Source: Callorhinchus milii (lineage: Eukaryota). From it: a stretch of DNA of 64,000 nucleotides. The position numbers and the translations under genes are program-made. This document shows positions 27,801 to 41,100 of this stretch, in pieces. The DNA lies in NCBI RefSeq assembly GCF_018977255.1, contig NW_024704742.1, positions 35,962,001 to 36,026,000 of the forward strand, given 5' to 3'. Position 1 is the stretch's first letter; each line of letters starts with the position of its first letter. The notes beneath the pieces are model-generated. The model worked only from the letters and a program-made list of their open reading frames with translations, ran no database searches and had not been told where the DNA came from.

Positions 27801-30800
27801 GAGTTTTAGGGGGAGACTCTTGTAGAGAGTGAGACTCAGACAGAGAAAAAGGCAGAGTGAGGGTGAGAAGGGCTGACACAATGTGGTTACTACAGCGACA
27901 GTATAACAACTGATAGAACATTTTTGGTTGACATGCAGCCAATTTGTATTTTGTTTGATGTCCAGTTATCCACACTATCTGCTTATCCACAAAGGGTCCG
28001 ATCCCAATTTGTGCAAATAATGAACTCTTTACAGTGTAATGCTATTATTCTTTGCCCTAAAGATTAGTGGATTAATAATTTGGGAGTTTCCATTCTGTCC
28101 AGTGAAATTTAGGGTAATTTTGCCTGCGACTACTTAAAACTTTTTTCCTTCACGATTTTGAATAATCCATTCTTTTAAACAATTATTTCAATGATTAGTA
28201 AATCTCCTGGTATTTGCATGCACGTATTCTGAGAATATTAGTAGGTTACCAGCAGAGAAACTGGCTTAATTTTTTTAAAAAAGGATAGATTTTCTAATTT
28301 AGTATCTCTAATTGTGGTGACAGTGGATAACCAAACCACAGCTTACCTTTCCTTTTGCCAAAATGAAGAAGGTACTTCCTTCCTCACCTTCACGGATAAT
28401 GTAGTCTCCTTGATCATAATATTCCTGCCAGTAGTTACCAGAGAAAGAAGCACATTCTTTAGCAACAACTTTGGTTTGGTTGTAAACATTGCATTTGATA
28501 TAGCGCTTTTCACATCAAGAAGACATCTCAAAGCGTTTCAGAGAATTTTACTATAAAGTGACTGTGTTTTGAGGGCAAACATATTTTGTTGTTGTGATAT
28601 ATAATAGGCAAATTATCAGTCCTTTGTATAGCGCATTAAATAACATTAACCATTAAGAATATAACGTTTTTTGATAACCAAGTATCTGTCTGATAAAGAA
28701 ACCCATCACCATGCTTGAGCATCCAAACTAAACTACTGAAAGTTCCATATATACCTGACACCTACACATGGAAATGTTCCTGCGTGTGGAATGGAGTGTG
28801 CTCTCTCTCTTCAAAGGAACAATAACAACCACAACAACTTGGATTTATATAGGCCCTTCACACAGGATAGATCTTCCTCTTTGACCATGTCTATCATCAC
28901 TTCCCCTCTTTTCCCTGCTTGGTGCCAAGCTCCGCCGGTATTAAGCACTCCAAGACACTACTCACATGAAGGGTGCAAAATAAATGCAAACTGTTGTTGA
29001 TATCACAGATACATAGACATAGAAACAAGAGTAGGCTATTCAGCCCCTCAAGCCTGTACCGACATTTTATAAGATCATGGCTGATCTGTACCTCAAGTCC
29101 AGTTACTCGCCCTTGCCCCATATCTTTAATACCCTGACCTAACAAATATTTATCTGCCCCCATTTTGAAAATGTGAATGGATCCAGCAATCACAGTCTTT
29201 TAGCGTCTCAGAGCGCTGCTTTGCTCATCTAATCCAAAAAAGTATTAGGCGCAGATTGGCAAGAGTCCAGGCTTCAGGATCCCAGAATGTTTATTGGGAT
29301 ACTGCTAGAGTTTAACCAATTAAAAGCACGCAGCCAGCAATTGCAAACACTAACTGGCAAGCTTTACATTGCTTGTCTAGTTCGGACTACTCTATGAGGA
29401 TTGCTAGGCCTATCACCCTGGAGCCAACACATCCACCTATTCCCTTACTCCCTTCCCTCCCCCTGAAAATAGTCACTAGTTTTAAATGTTAATAACATAT
29501 TATATTTATTTTGAAAAAGTGTCATTACTAACTTGAAATAACCTCATGCTCAAATTTCAATGCAAACGTTATTGAATAAATCAACCAACCGAAAGGATAG
29601 GTAATGCTCAATATCTTACTCATTATTTTGTTATAAATATGAGTGAAGGAATTTTATTTATGGATGGCCAAATAATTCCTTATTTTTATAAAACAAATAA
29701 CTTACCACTTCCAAACAATCCACTATTTTAGCAAGTTTATCTTCCGGCAACTTCTTAAGCAGAGAAACGCTAGGAAAAATATGTTAAATGCAAATTATTG
29801 AAAGATTATACTTGCTACCAACATAGTTACTCTGTAGTTGCATTGTGTTACATAGAGTGGTGTGGCAAAAAGTCAGGCCATTCGGCCCAACTAGTCCTTA
29901 CCGGTTCATGCTCTACACAAGCTCCCGCCCTTCCTTTTCCAACAGAACCATAGAAGGTTACAGTATCGAAGAAGGCCATTTGGCCCATTGTGTCTGTGCC
30001 ACCCTCTACTACACCCCTTATTTCCCTTCTTTCTCATGTATGCACCAAGTTTTCTCTTAAATATATTGATATATAATTGGGTTTGAAATGCTGTACAGTG
30101 TCCAGCACCTTGGGAAGTCCTCCCGACATGAAAGGCACTATACAAATGTAATCTTGTTGTTGTTGTTGTTGGTGTTGTTGATGCTATTTGCTTCAACCAC
30201 AGTTTCCAACAATGAGTTCTATGTTCTCATCACACTATGCATGAAGAAGTTCCTGCTAAGTCCCTAATAGTTTACCATTAGCTAGCTTACATTTATGTCC
30301 TCTAGTTATGGATTCACCAACAAGTGCACACAGCCTATTAATATTCACCCTACCAAATCCTTAATCCTATACCTATAAACCATTGTGATGAAACATTTTA
30401 TAATTTGGAGACTTCTGGATTACGTTACATTGAAAATGATTCCTTGTAACCTGTATATGTACAAACATTTTACTAGTAAATTAGAAACTCAGTTAATACA
30501 ATGTGTGTTCGAGTATGTGGGAGGAATGGTAGTGTATTTTTTGAAAGCCCAAATGTGGAGTCCTGTAGCTCAGTGGTTAGAGCACTCACTTTGCAAGTGA
30601 GAGACCTGAGTTCAATTCCAGGCAGGGCGAAACCTTGGGCAAGTTTCCTTACTCCACACGCCTAATAATAATCCATCCAAAACCAAAAACAATAATTAAA
30701 TTGGTCATTTTCAATCTACGACTGTTTGTGGGACATTGCTGTGCGCAATTGGCTGCCGCGTTCGCCCACAAATATACAGTCAATTCACTTTACAGTGTGT

Positions 30801-33800
30801 TCTGTGAAGCGCTTTGGGACGTCCTCCTGACGTGAAAAGCGCTATATCAAATGCAAGGATTATTATTATTATTATTATAAATGGGTCATAATTATATTGT
30901 ATAATGCTGTGGCAAGATAGAGTTAGGGAACATGCTGCTATACTTCATAGAATGGAGAAACGTTAACTGGGATATTAAGCGGAAAGTTATTAAAAAAATA
31001 AAAATTCCTGGTGAGATCATTGGCATCAATAAAATAATGGTTAGAATTTTTAACCAATTGTTTGTTTATCATGAGGCATCTTACTTATCTAATTCAGAGT
31101 GCAAATACCAAATAAAATAATTTAAAATAAAATAATTATCTTGAAGATGTGATAAGGCGTTATATCTAATGCAAGGGTTGTTATTATTATTATAAAAGGG
31201 AGAAATTGCATCTGGGTCTAGATTTATTCTATTTATGTAGCATTTTCGAGCATCCAGAATTTGACAAATGATTGTCTCCAGCCATAGCCTTGAAGTCGGC
31301 ATTCTGGAGTTATTTTAAGAACTCGGAGAAAACAAACTTCAAAATTATGGCTGTGTTTAAGAAATTGTCCAATTCTGGACACTCCAAAATTACATAAATA
31401 GAGGAAATCTAGACCCAAGTGGGATCTTTCCCCAACAGTATATCTACTTGCTTTCATGCATTCAATGCCAAAACTAATAAATAATAATCCTTGCGTTTGA
31501 TATAGTGCCTTATCATGTCATTGAGATGCCTCAAAGCGCTTCACATGATATACTGTAAAGTGGACTGACTGGGTATTTTGTGGACAAAACTAATTACATA
31601 AAACCAAAACTAAAACTAAGTGTTACCTTCTGAGGAATTTTCGGTACTGCTCACGCCTGGCCTCAGCTGTACCTCTCATGATATTCTGAAAGACTTCCCG
31701 GTCCAAAGCCCAGGTCTTTACACTGGTTACAGCTTGAAGAATAAAAATAATACAAAAACACATTTATCCAAAGTACTACAGTAAGAGATAAAAACGAAAA
31801 AAATAATTAATTCTGATCATCAGGATTAAAAACAGGAAATTCTGGAAATAAACATAATAATAATCCTTGTAATTTAATATACAGTAAACTTCTGATTACT
31901 CAACGCTGCATTAACTTGTAACTACCATTTAAGTCTCCATGCTGTCAATGTCCTGGCTGCTTCTTATGCAAATTTTAATAAGGGACTCTGCTTTGTACTG
32001 TATACTGTGACAGGATAGGGCTGGAGGCCACAGCCTTTGCTCTGCAATAGATTGGATGCCGCTGAGATGCATCTAAGCACTCGAGCCCCACCTCAGCCGA
32101 GTGCCTGCATCAATCATCCCAACCCTTGTGGCCCAGGAGGACCTATGCTTAATGTGGCAATAAGGATAACTTGTCGCTGCCCTTTTTTCCTTGGGGTGAT
32201 GAGTTATCTGGAGTTTACAGTAGTTTATCATGTTGTCAAAACACCTCAAAGCGCTTCACAGGATTTTAGTGTGCAGTGCAGTGACTGTGTATGGATAGAC
32301 GAATGCGGCAGCTAATTTGCGCACAGCAATGTTCCACAAATTGCCATTAATTGAGTAACCAATTTTATTTGTGGAGACTGTTGGGCAACACACGAGGAGA
32401 AACTCCCTTCTTTTTTCAAATGGCGCCATTGGGATGTTTAATACCCACTTGAACAGACAGAGGGCACCTCATTGTTAATGTTTCATCCGAAGAATGGCAC
32501 TTCCAACAATGAGACAAACCTTCAGCACTGGAATGGAGTATCAGCTTTGACTGTGAGTTCAAAGTCTCAAAATGATTCAGAGAACAAAGTGCTACCAATT
32601 GAACCATGCTGATATCTGCCAACTGAGTCAGCATTAAATGTCCTCTGTTTAAAATTATTTTCTGTTGTCTATCCAATCATTGCCCTTTACAACCCTGAAC
32701 CTGTGCCCTTTTCTCCTGCTACCCTGACAGAAATTATTATTCTTGGTTTCATTTCTCAATTTCATTGAGCATCAAATGTACCATTACAAGGTCCCTTTTC
32801 ACAACTAAAGAGCTCTAGCTTAGCTAATCATTCCTCATAGTTCATCTTCCGAATACTGGGATCAGCCTCAGTCTTCTCGTCTCAGTATCTCTATGGCTTT
32901 ATGTCATAGGCACTAGAAAGGTAGACAGTAATTCAGGAGTGGCTTCTGGGGATCTGCACTCAAGTTATTTGAGAATACAGCTCCACATCCTGTTTGCCTT
33001 GTTTATTGTCACCTCACACTAAACATGTTGAGCAAAGAGTCAACCCAACACCCCTAAGTCTTTTTCACCATCTCACTTGGCAACTTCTTGTCCTGTCCAC
33101 TTCTAATTTTACATCCTATGTCCATTACTTTGCATTTTCCATATTGGACTTTATTCGTCAATGATCAACCCAAGTCCATAACCTGTCAAGCTCTCTGTTT
33201 AAGATATTATCTGTTTCCTAATTCCACAGTTCTCCCGCGTATAGTGTCATCTGAAAACATAACTACAGTATTTATTTTTTATGATTTATTCACTTCACTC
33301 CTTCCCTTACCTCCTTCAAAGACCATCTCAAGGCCCTCCTCTTTGACCGGGCCTTCAGTCAACCTTCTGCCCTACACTCCTGATCCCAACTCTCAGCTTG
33401 GGTCCAAATCCCTGACTGTCCAGTGTCTTGGGACGTCCTCTCCACATTAAAGGCACTATACAAATGTAATTTGTTGTTATTGTTGTTACAGTATGTTACA
33501 ATAAGTCTGCACATCCAGGTTATTTAAGTATACTAGGAACTGGAAGGGATCCCTGCGCGGATTTCTATTTCCCAGAAACCATGTTTAAACTAATAAAAGG
33601 GGCAGCTAACTTAACAATTAAAGCTTTTTATTGCAATCCCAACCATCACACAACAAAATCAATTTGTTTTTATTGCTTTTTAACAATCTCTCATCTCCAA
33701 TGTCATTAGAATTCACTGTGTGACTAATCACTTGCAATGGATGGGTAGTGTATCTGATGTTTATTACTATTTACTGACCTCCTCTAGAAGCAGAATATAT

Positions 33801-35070
33801 ATTACTTAGATTCATTTCCGTTTTTGTTTCCAGTGAAAACAAACAGCAGTTCCGTAACAATGTCAATATAATTTCTGTCCAAAAGACAAACCCAACATCA
33901 TAATGCATGGGTAGTAGTTATTTACTCAGGTCCACCCATTGGATAAATCCAACCTTCTGAACCATTGAACTACTTGCACTGACAACTGCACTGTGCCTGA
34001 CTGATGCTGTGAATAATTAATGGTCTAAAATTTCCAAAATTTCATCTGAACTCTTTAGTGTCCTTTTTATTGATGCAGCTTTTATTGTTTTTCCTGGTTT
34101 CTTAATTTTCGCTCTCCTAACAGCACAGTCTGTTTTGGGGGCGATCTCCATTGGTAGCAGCTACCCCTGATACCTCACCAAAATTATTTTCCTCCATATG
34201 TCTGCAGGGCTTGGCAGTGAATGTTGACAGGCCTTTCAACTATGAGGACACCACAGCAGGTTAAATCATCCACATGCAACATCAGTAGATATGCACTTCC
34301 CAGGAGAGGACAGCAATCAGGAAGGGAAATCCTAGTTGATTTCTTTCTTTCTCTAACGAGAATTCCTGGAATGAGTCCTGTAGCATAGTGGTTAGCGCAC
34401 TCGTTTCGCAAGCCAGAGGACCCAGGTTCGATTCCCAGGCGAAACCTTAGGCAAGTTTCTTTACTCCACACAACTCTGTTTACCCAGCAGTAAGTAGGAA
34501 CCCAGCTGTTAATTGATTCACGGATCACTTTTTGGGGGGACTAGTTCCTCAAAGAAACAAGTAAATAAATAAATTTTGGGAACTCAATCCACAACTGTTT
34601 GTGGGACAGACAATTACTGTGCGCGATTGGCTGTTGTGTTTTGTCCACAAAATACAGTCAATTCACTTGACAATTTATCCTGTGAAGTGTTTTGAAATGT
34701 CTCAACGATGTGATAAGGCACTGTATAAAATGTAAGGATTATTATATAGGAAGTGTTCTTACAGCCAAAGTGAACTACTTTACACTTCACAATATTGAAC
34801 AGCATCTGCCATCATTTTGCCCATTCAACTAATGGCAGAGCGAAACCTTGGGCAAATTTCCTTACTCCACACGCCTAATAATAATCCCTCCAAAACCAAA
34901 AACAATAATAAATTGGTCATTTTCAATCTACGACTGTTTGTGGGACATTGCTGTGCGCAATTGGCTGCCACATTCGCCCACAGGTATACAGTCAATTCAC
35001 TTTACAGTGTGTTCTGTGAAGCGCTTTGGAAAGTCCTCTCGACGTGAAAAGCGCTATATCAAATGCAAGG

Positions 35071-35104
<34 letters not shown>

Positions 35105-38100
35105 GGGCCTTAACACTATTCATCTAGTAACAATGTTTTCAAAGCTTGGTACAGCAAAGCTTTGAAATCTAGTCTCCCAATCTGAACTGAAAGCCTTCCT
35201 GGTGGGGTTTTACATTTCTGGCAGAGGAAGGATGATTTGAGCTAAGTGAACCGAGATTGCAGTGAGGAAAGCAACATGGGTAAGATCATGGCTGTGGCAG
35301 AGGTGGGATAGTTGTGAGGTCAAGACTGAAGGAATCAGAATTTATTTGGAACAATAATCCTGCTTAAAGGTAATGTTGGACTCTGAATTCTTTTGAATAG
35401 TTCCTAATACCTTTAGAGAAGGTTCTGCCACAAAACACACATTCACTGCACTTTACAATGCATCAGCCTGGCACAGTGATAGCCAGGGGACTCTCACCTC
35501 CGAGTCAGAAGGTTGTGGGCTCAAGCCCATGTCCAATGCAGTTTTGTGGGGGTGTTGATTGTGAGAAATGCCATCCTTTGGAGGTCCCATCTGCCTGTTC
35601 TGGTAGACATTAAAGATTCGATGGCACTATGAAGGGAGTTTCTCCCAGTCAACAAATCCCCCAAATAAAATTGGTCATTCACTCCATGGTTGTTTGAGGG
35701 GCGTTCCTACACACAAACTGGCTGCCATATTTCTCCCATAAAATACACAATCACTCCACTTTACAGTATATCCTGTGTAGCACGTTGACAAGTCTCACTG
35801 ACATGATAAGAAGCTATGTCAAATGTAAGGATTTTTATTATTATTATTAAGCTCTTTGGGACATCTTCCCGACATGAAAGGCGCTATAACCAATGTAAGG
35901 ATTGTCATTACTATTATTACAATGGGATTCTTTCAATGTCACCTCTAATATGGTTTTAAAATCAAGTTCCACTTGCTGTTCTAAGTATTAAATTAAATTG
36001 CTAACACTCAGTCTACCCTTCAAGACATTTTAATCCAAATATCCTAAACAAAGGAGGTAGTTTGCATGATAAATATAATGCTGTATGAAACACGCCTCAA
36101 TATTGATCTTACATAAAATGCTGAGACATAATATAAATTATTTAAAAATGAAAGATTTTTTTTTCTGGGAATAATGAAGGAACTATACCTTTCACAGAGG
36201 CTGTCCTTGTGCAGTTATATAAGATAGCGAGTTCACCAAAGGTTGTCCAGATGCTGATAGTTGTTAGAAATTTACTATTTTGGTAGACTTCCAGTTTGCC
36301 CTCTGTTAAAAGAGAGAGAGAGAGAGAGAAAGACGATGTGTCGTTTAGAACAGAACTGAAGACATCCTGGAGAAATACAAACAAAAATCATTCCAATGGA
36401 CCAGCTTTACTCTTGGCAATATTTTGTCTATGATCACTTTCTTCCAAAGATGCTACAGTTTGTGAAAATTTATTTTTCAGGTTTTCAGAAATATTTAAAA
36501 CAACCCACACTGCTCAAGTCTAAGTCCAATCCAACTGAGTTCATTTTTGCTACCTCAAAAGTGTTCAGAGGATCACAGACTTGTTTACACTATGGGATGA
36601 AAATGTGATGTTTCATTACATATTTTATGAATACTTTCCCCTCTATAATTCACTGAAATTAAACTCGTTGATATCGGAAATAAAAAGCTCGACCAAAACT
36701 TTGTAGACACAAGTTATATTGCACTCTTGCGCATTATTCGCTGCTGACTGTAATACTTCTAAATTACAACAAGAATTAACATTCATATATCGCCTTTCAC
36801 ATCACGTGGACATCTCAAAGCACTTCACACAGCTGACTGAGAACCTAAGCTGGAATCGGGGAAAGATGAGAAGGGTGTGGAGAGGGGAAAGGAGGAAAGG
36901 CAACCAAAAATGGTAATCAAAAAGATAAGTCTTAAGGTATAGCTATATTCTTTCATTACCCTCTCTACAAATCCTTTTTATAATGTGGCACTTAATACTG
37001 TACACAATTTCAGGATATGGTTTAACCAATGTCTTATACTCCCACTGAATTTAAAGATTATTTCTGAAGAAACAGCTATTATATCACTAAATATTTTCAA
37101 TCTAATCCAGCAAGTGGAAGTAATTTTCATCGGGTAATAGCTGTGTAAATGTTGGGACGACTGAACATTCCATATCTGGATTGCACACAGGATTGTCCAC
37201 AGAAGGAGTATATTATTCCTTCACCCCTTAATATCCCCAAGTTTGTGCAATTTTGTTATATGTTTTTTTTAAGAAAACTGGATCTTGCAGGTCGTCAAAA
37301 TGCAGCTTCAAGACTTCTGCAGAATATTCCAGCATGCAAAGTACCTGCCAGCACAAAGAGATGGTTGCCCGGCTCTCCTTGCTTGATGACATACTCGTCC
37401 TCTTGGTAGTTCTTCTCATACATGCATTCCACTATGCTTCGGATGTGCTGCATCTCCAACCGCTTGAGAAAGTCGTTCTTATTCAGGGCGTCTGTGATAA
37501 GCTTCTTTAGGCTGCCAAGAAATCATTAGGCCTCTCAGTAACAAGCTTCCTGCTTATATTTAAGTATATATTAAATATACTTTCAAAAAACAGTTTTGCC
37601 TTTCTCAAAGGAACAGAAACATTTAATGACAGATCTCATTATAATAATCCTTGCATTTGGTATAGCACCTTTCATGTCATGAGATCACCTCAAGCCACTT
37701 CACTGGATATAATGCGAAGTGTAGTGACTGTATTTTGTAAGCAAACAAGGCAGCAAAGTTGGTGCAACAACAACAACAATAAAATTACATTTGAATAGCG
37801 ACTTTCACATCGGGAGGACATTCCAAGGCGCTGAACAATGTCCCTCATGAAGTGAATGACCCATTTTATCTGAGGATTGTTAGCCAAGATACTGGGAGAA
37901 ACTCCATTTTCATTTTGAATAGTGCCATGGGATCTTTAGCCTCTACCTGAGCAGACAGACGAGATCTCAGCTTAACATCTCTTCTGAAGGACAGCACCTC
38001 CAACAAATATATCACACCCGCAACACTGTATCAGACTAGATTATGTAAATTCAAAGTCCTGAATGGGGCTAATTCACAACCTTCTGACTCAGGGGTGAAC

Positions 38101-41100
38101 GTGTTACCAACTAAGCCAGGTTGACAGCACATCTTGCATTTATATAGTGAGATCTCCCATTCCTCTTGTATATATAAGTTAGAACCAAGATTCTCAAAGG
38201 TGCAAGGCTTAGTTCAGACCACCAAGATCTTTTGTATCCTTAGTCGCTTTTCTGGTGAATTGTATACTCGTCAAGATAGTACTGGGAAATGGGACATGAA
38301 GTGAGCTTCAAACCACTCACAGGTACAAAATAATCCTCCTTCCAGTCTACTCCATTTCAGGTGGAAAATGAGGTACAACCTGGACCATCGGGTAGTTTCA
38401 GTTTGCCAAACTTTCTTCTGACAGCCAGATCAAATAAACCCCCTTCCCCCAAAAAATACTCAAACTCACACACACATAAACACAGTAACATTCACACACA
38501 CACACACACACACACGTACATACCTACATATGTACACATTTAGACACATGCATGCAGGTACACACGCACAGAGACAAAGAAACAATTAATTGAAGAAACT
38601 TATAGAAATAATATTCTTCTTCAATTCACAGATTATTCTGCCTATAAAAATACACTTGTGCCCCATAAATAGGGGTTTATGTATCACACGGGATTAACTA
38701 CCAACTGCACATCAACCACATGATCAGATTGACTAGTGTTCCCCTCCTTCAAAGCACTCAAGTGCTAGATTCTAAGTCCCAACAGGGGAAATGAACACTA
38801 AAAGGTACTGGTTCTTCACTGGCGTCTGTGACTTAGACAAATATAACTCACGTTGATAGTAATCACAAGTGTCTCAGGAGACATGGCTACAGAGATCAAG
38901 ATTATTAAATTAGTGGAGACTATAGCTCAACCTAATGGCAATTCAGAATAAACAGAACATATCTGTGTCCTTGGTGAAAACAATAGCCACAAAATGAATT
39001 AGATGTTTGAGAAATCAGTTTTCCAATACCTGATGTCATACTGTATGTAATACTAGTATCATTGCAATGCATAAAAACAAAGTCCTGTTGTGGGCTTTAC
39101 CCCAGCCATTCAGTCTCCTCCAGGAAAGTTGTGAATTGTTTCTCTCAAAGATAATCAAACAAAAACTCTAGACTTTTCATTCATCCTCACATCCCTCTGT
39201 TGAACTCTAGCCTTGTGACCTATACAATGTTCAAGGTGCCATAAAAAGAACAAATATAGTATAAGATATGAGACCAAAGGCTAGAGATTCCACCTTGTCT
39301 TAGGTTCAAGGGTCATGACGGAATCTGTGAACAAGCAGCGAGAAAGTTTGACAGACGGCAACAGCAATGGCAAGCTACGCAGTTTTAAAACTAAACAGCA
39401 CCAAGATTACATTTATATAGCGTCTTTCACGTCATGTTTTAGCTGGTTAAACTCCAGCAGTTCCCCATCGCACACTTTGCAGTTTCCAAGCCTCGTCTCT
39501 TGCAACTTGTGCCTAATTCTCACCAGAATTAGGTAAGCAAGATGCGTCCCTCTTAAAGCGAGAGAGAGAGAGTGCATTCCATTCCGTACACAAGAATTTC
39601 CATGTAAAGATGGCATGCATGGAGCTCTCAGTTTGGTTTGGATATATTTCAGAATGATGATGGGTTCCTGCATGTGTCAGACCTCAGCTGACCAAAAGAA
39701 ATCTAGTTTTAGCCTTTAACACATTTTGTCTTAAAATTTAAGATAGCACAGAATCATTGAAAATTCCTAAATTCAGTCCTAATTTGGAAGTTGGTTTTCC
39801 ACACTTCTTAAAAAAAACTTTCAAAATGAGATAAAAGAATTTTCCACAATTTTCCACAATCTTATATGATAAGAATCAATGGTCTTAAAGGTTAAGGCTG
39901 CATAGAATTTCAGGCCTCTGGAAACCTAACAAACCTTCTTTAATTGCCAGCAGAGGTTGTTGCATTGTTGAAAGTTAAAAAGCTACATAAAGTTGCTGTC
40001 AGGAAACACGAGTCATTTGAAGACTCACACACGCACACTGAAAACGAAGTGGTAAAATGAGGAAGGCCACCATAACTACAGTATGTGAGTGGGTGACAAG
40101 TGCTCAAGGGTCTGTACCCTGAGCTAACTGTCTCATGAGATTCATAAACCCTAAAGCTACGCTTCTTGTCATTGTCACCACGTGGCTTGCTCTGCTGTTG
40201 GCAAAACTATTCCACAGTATAATCAATAGTTCCCTCAACAGGAGACAGACATTCCAATAGCTCAGAGCTATTTTCCAACAGGCTTGTCTAGTACAGAACA
40301 AGTCTAATGTTAAACGCTGGCAGCTACTGGCCAGTCAACTGTTTATCCAGTGGGCTAGACCGCCAAATAGTCCTGCTTGATAGAAATCATAAATTTTACT
40401 GGATGAATTCAATGGGTTGTCATAGAGAGCACTGTACTTTTCACAATATTTTGGAACAATTTCTGAAATCCAATCCATGGAATCAAATTTTCCAAATTGT
40501 TCAAAAATTATTATGATTATATAATGAACATGATCTTCATGAATACCATTTCAATGATTTACTTCTGTTGGCTTCCTGTCTTTAAAATGATCCCTTGACC
40601 TTTAAAAGAGACTCCGTAGGATAAATGATCTACTGATTTGCATTAAAAAAGGAATTCAGATTACTCATCCATTGCTGAACTGTGTGTACCTATAAACATA
40701 TCCTTAACTGGAATTTAGTTTGATTGTTCAGATTTACTCTGAATGAGAAGTGTATACTGTGAGATTATAAGAATAAGAATAATAATCCTTGCATCTAAAA
40801 TGGTGCCTTATCCCATTTTTCAAATGTTTCAAAGTGCTTCACAGGAGTTCATGTAAAGTGTAGTGACTGTGTATTTGTTGGTGAATGTCTACACAGTAGT
40901 AACTATTTCTGTCCAGGGTGAAGTTGAGTTCTAATCCAGATCCAGGTAATGTTAACAGGCATTAAGCACATGTTCCTGACACTGTTTATGAGTGGGTGTG
41001 TTTTTGTTTACTTTGTAATAAAATGTTTGAGTTTATTTTCAGTTTGTAATCTCCTGTGGTTAAATTCAAAATAACACCTCTAACACAGAACATTGAAAGG

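Noticed and set aside
27132..27881. 249-aa ORF
   Set aside because: Frame-shifted L2 ORF2 C-terminus, not a host gene
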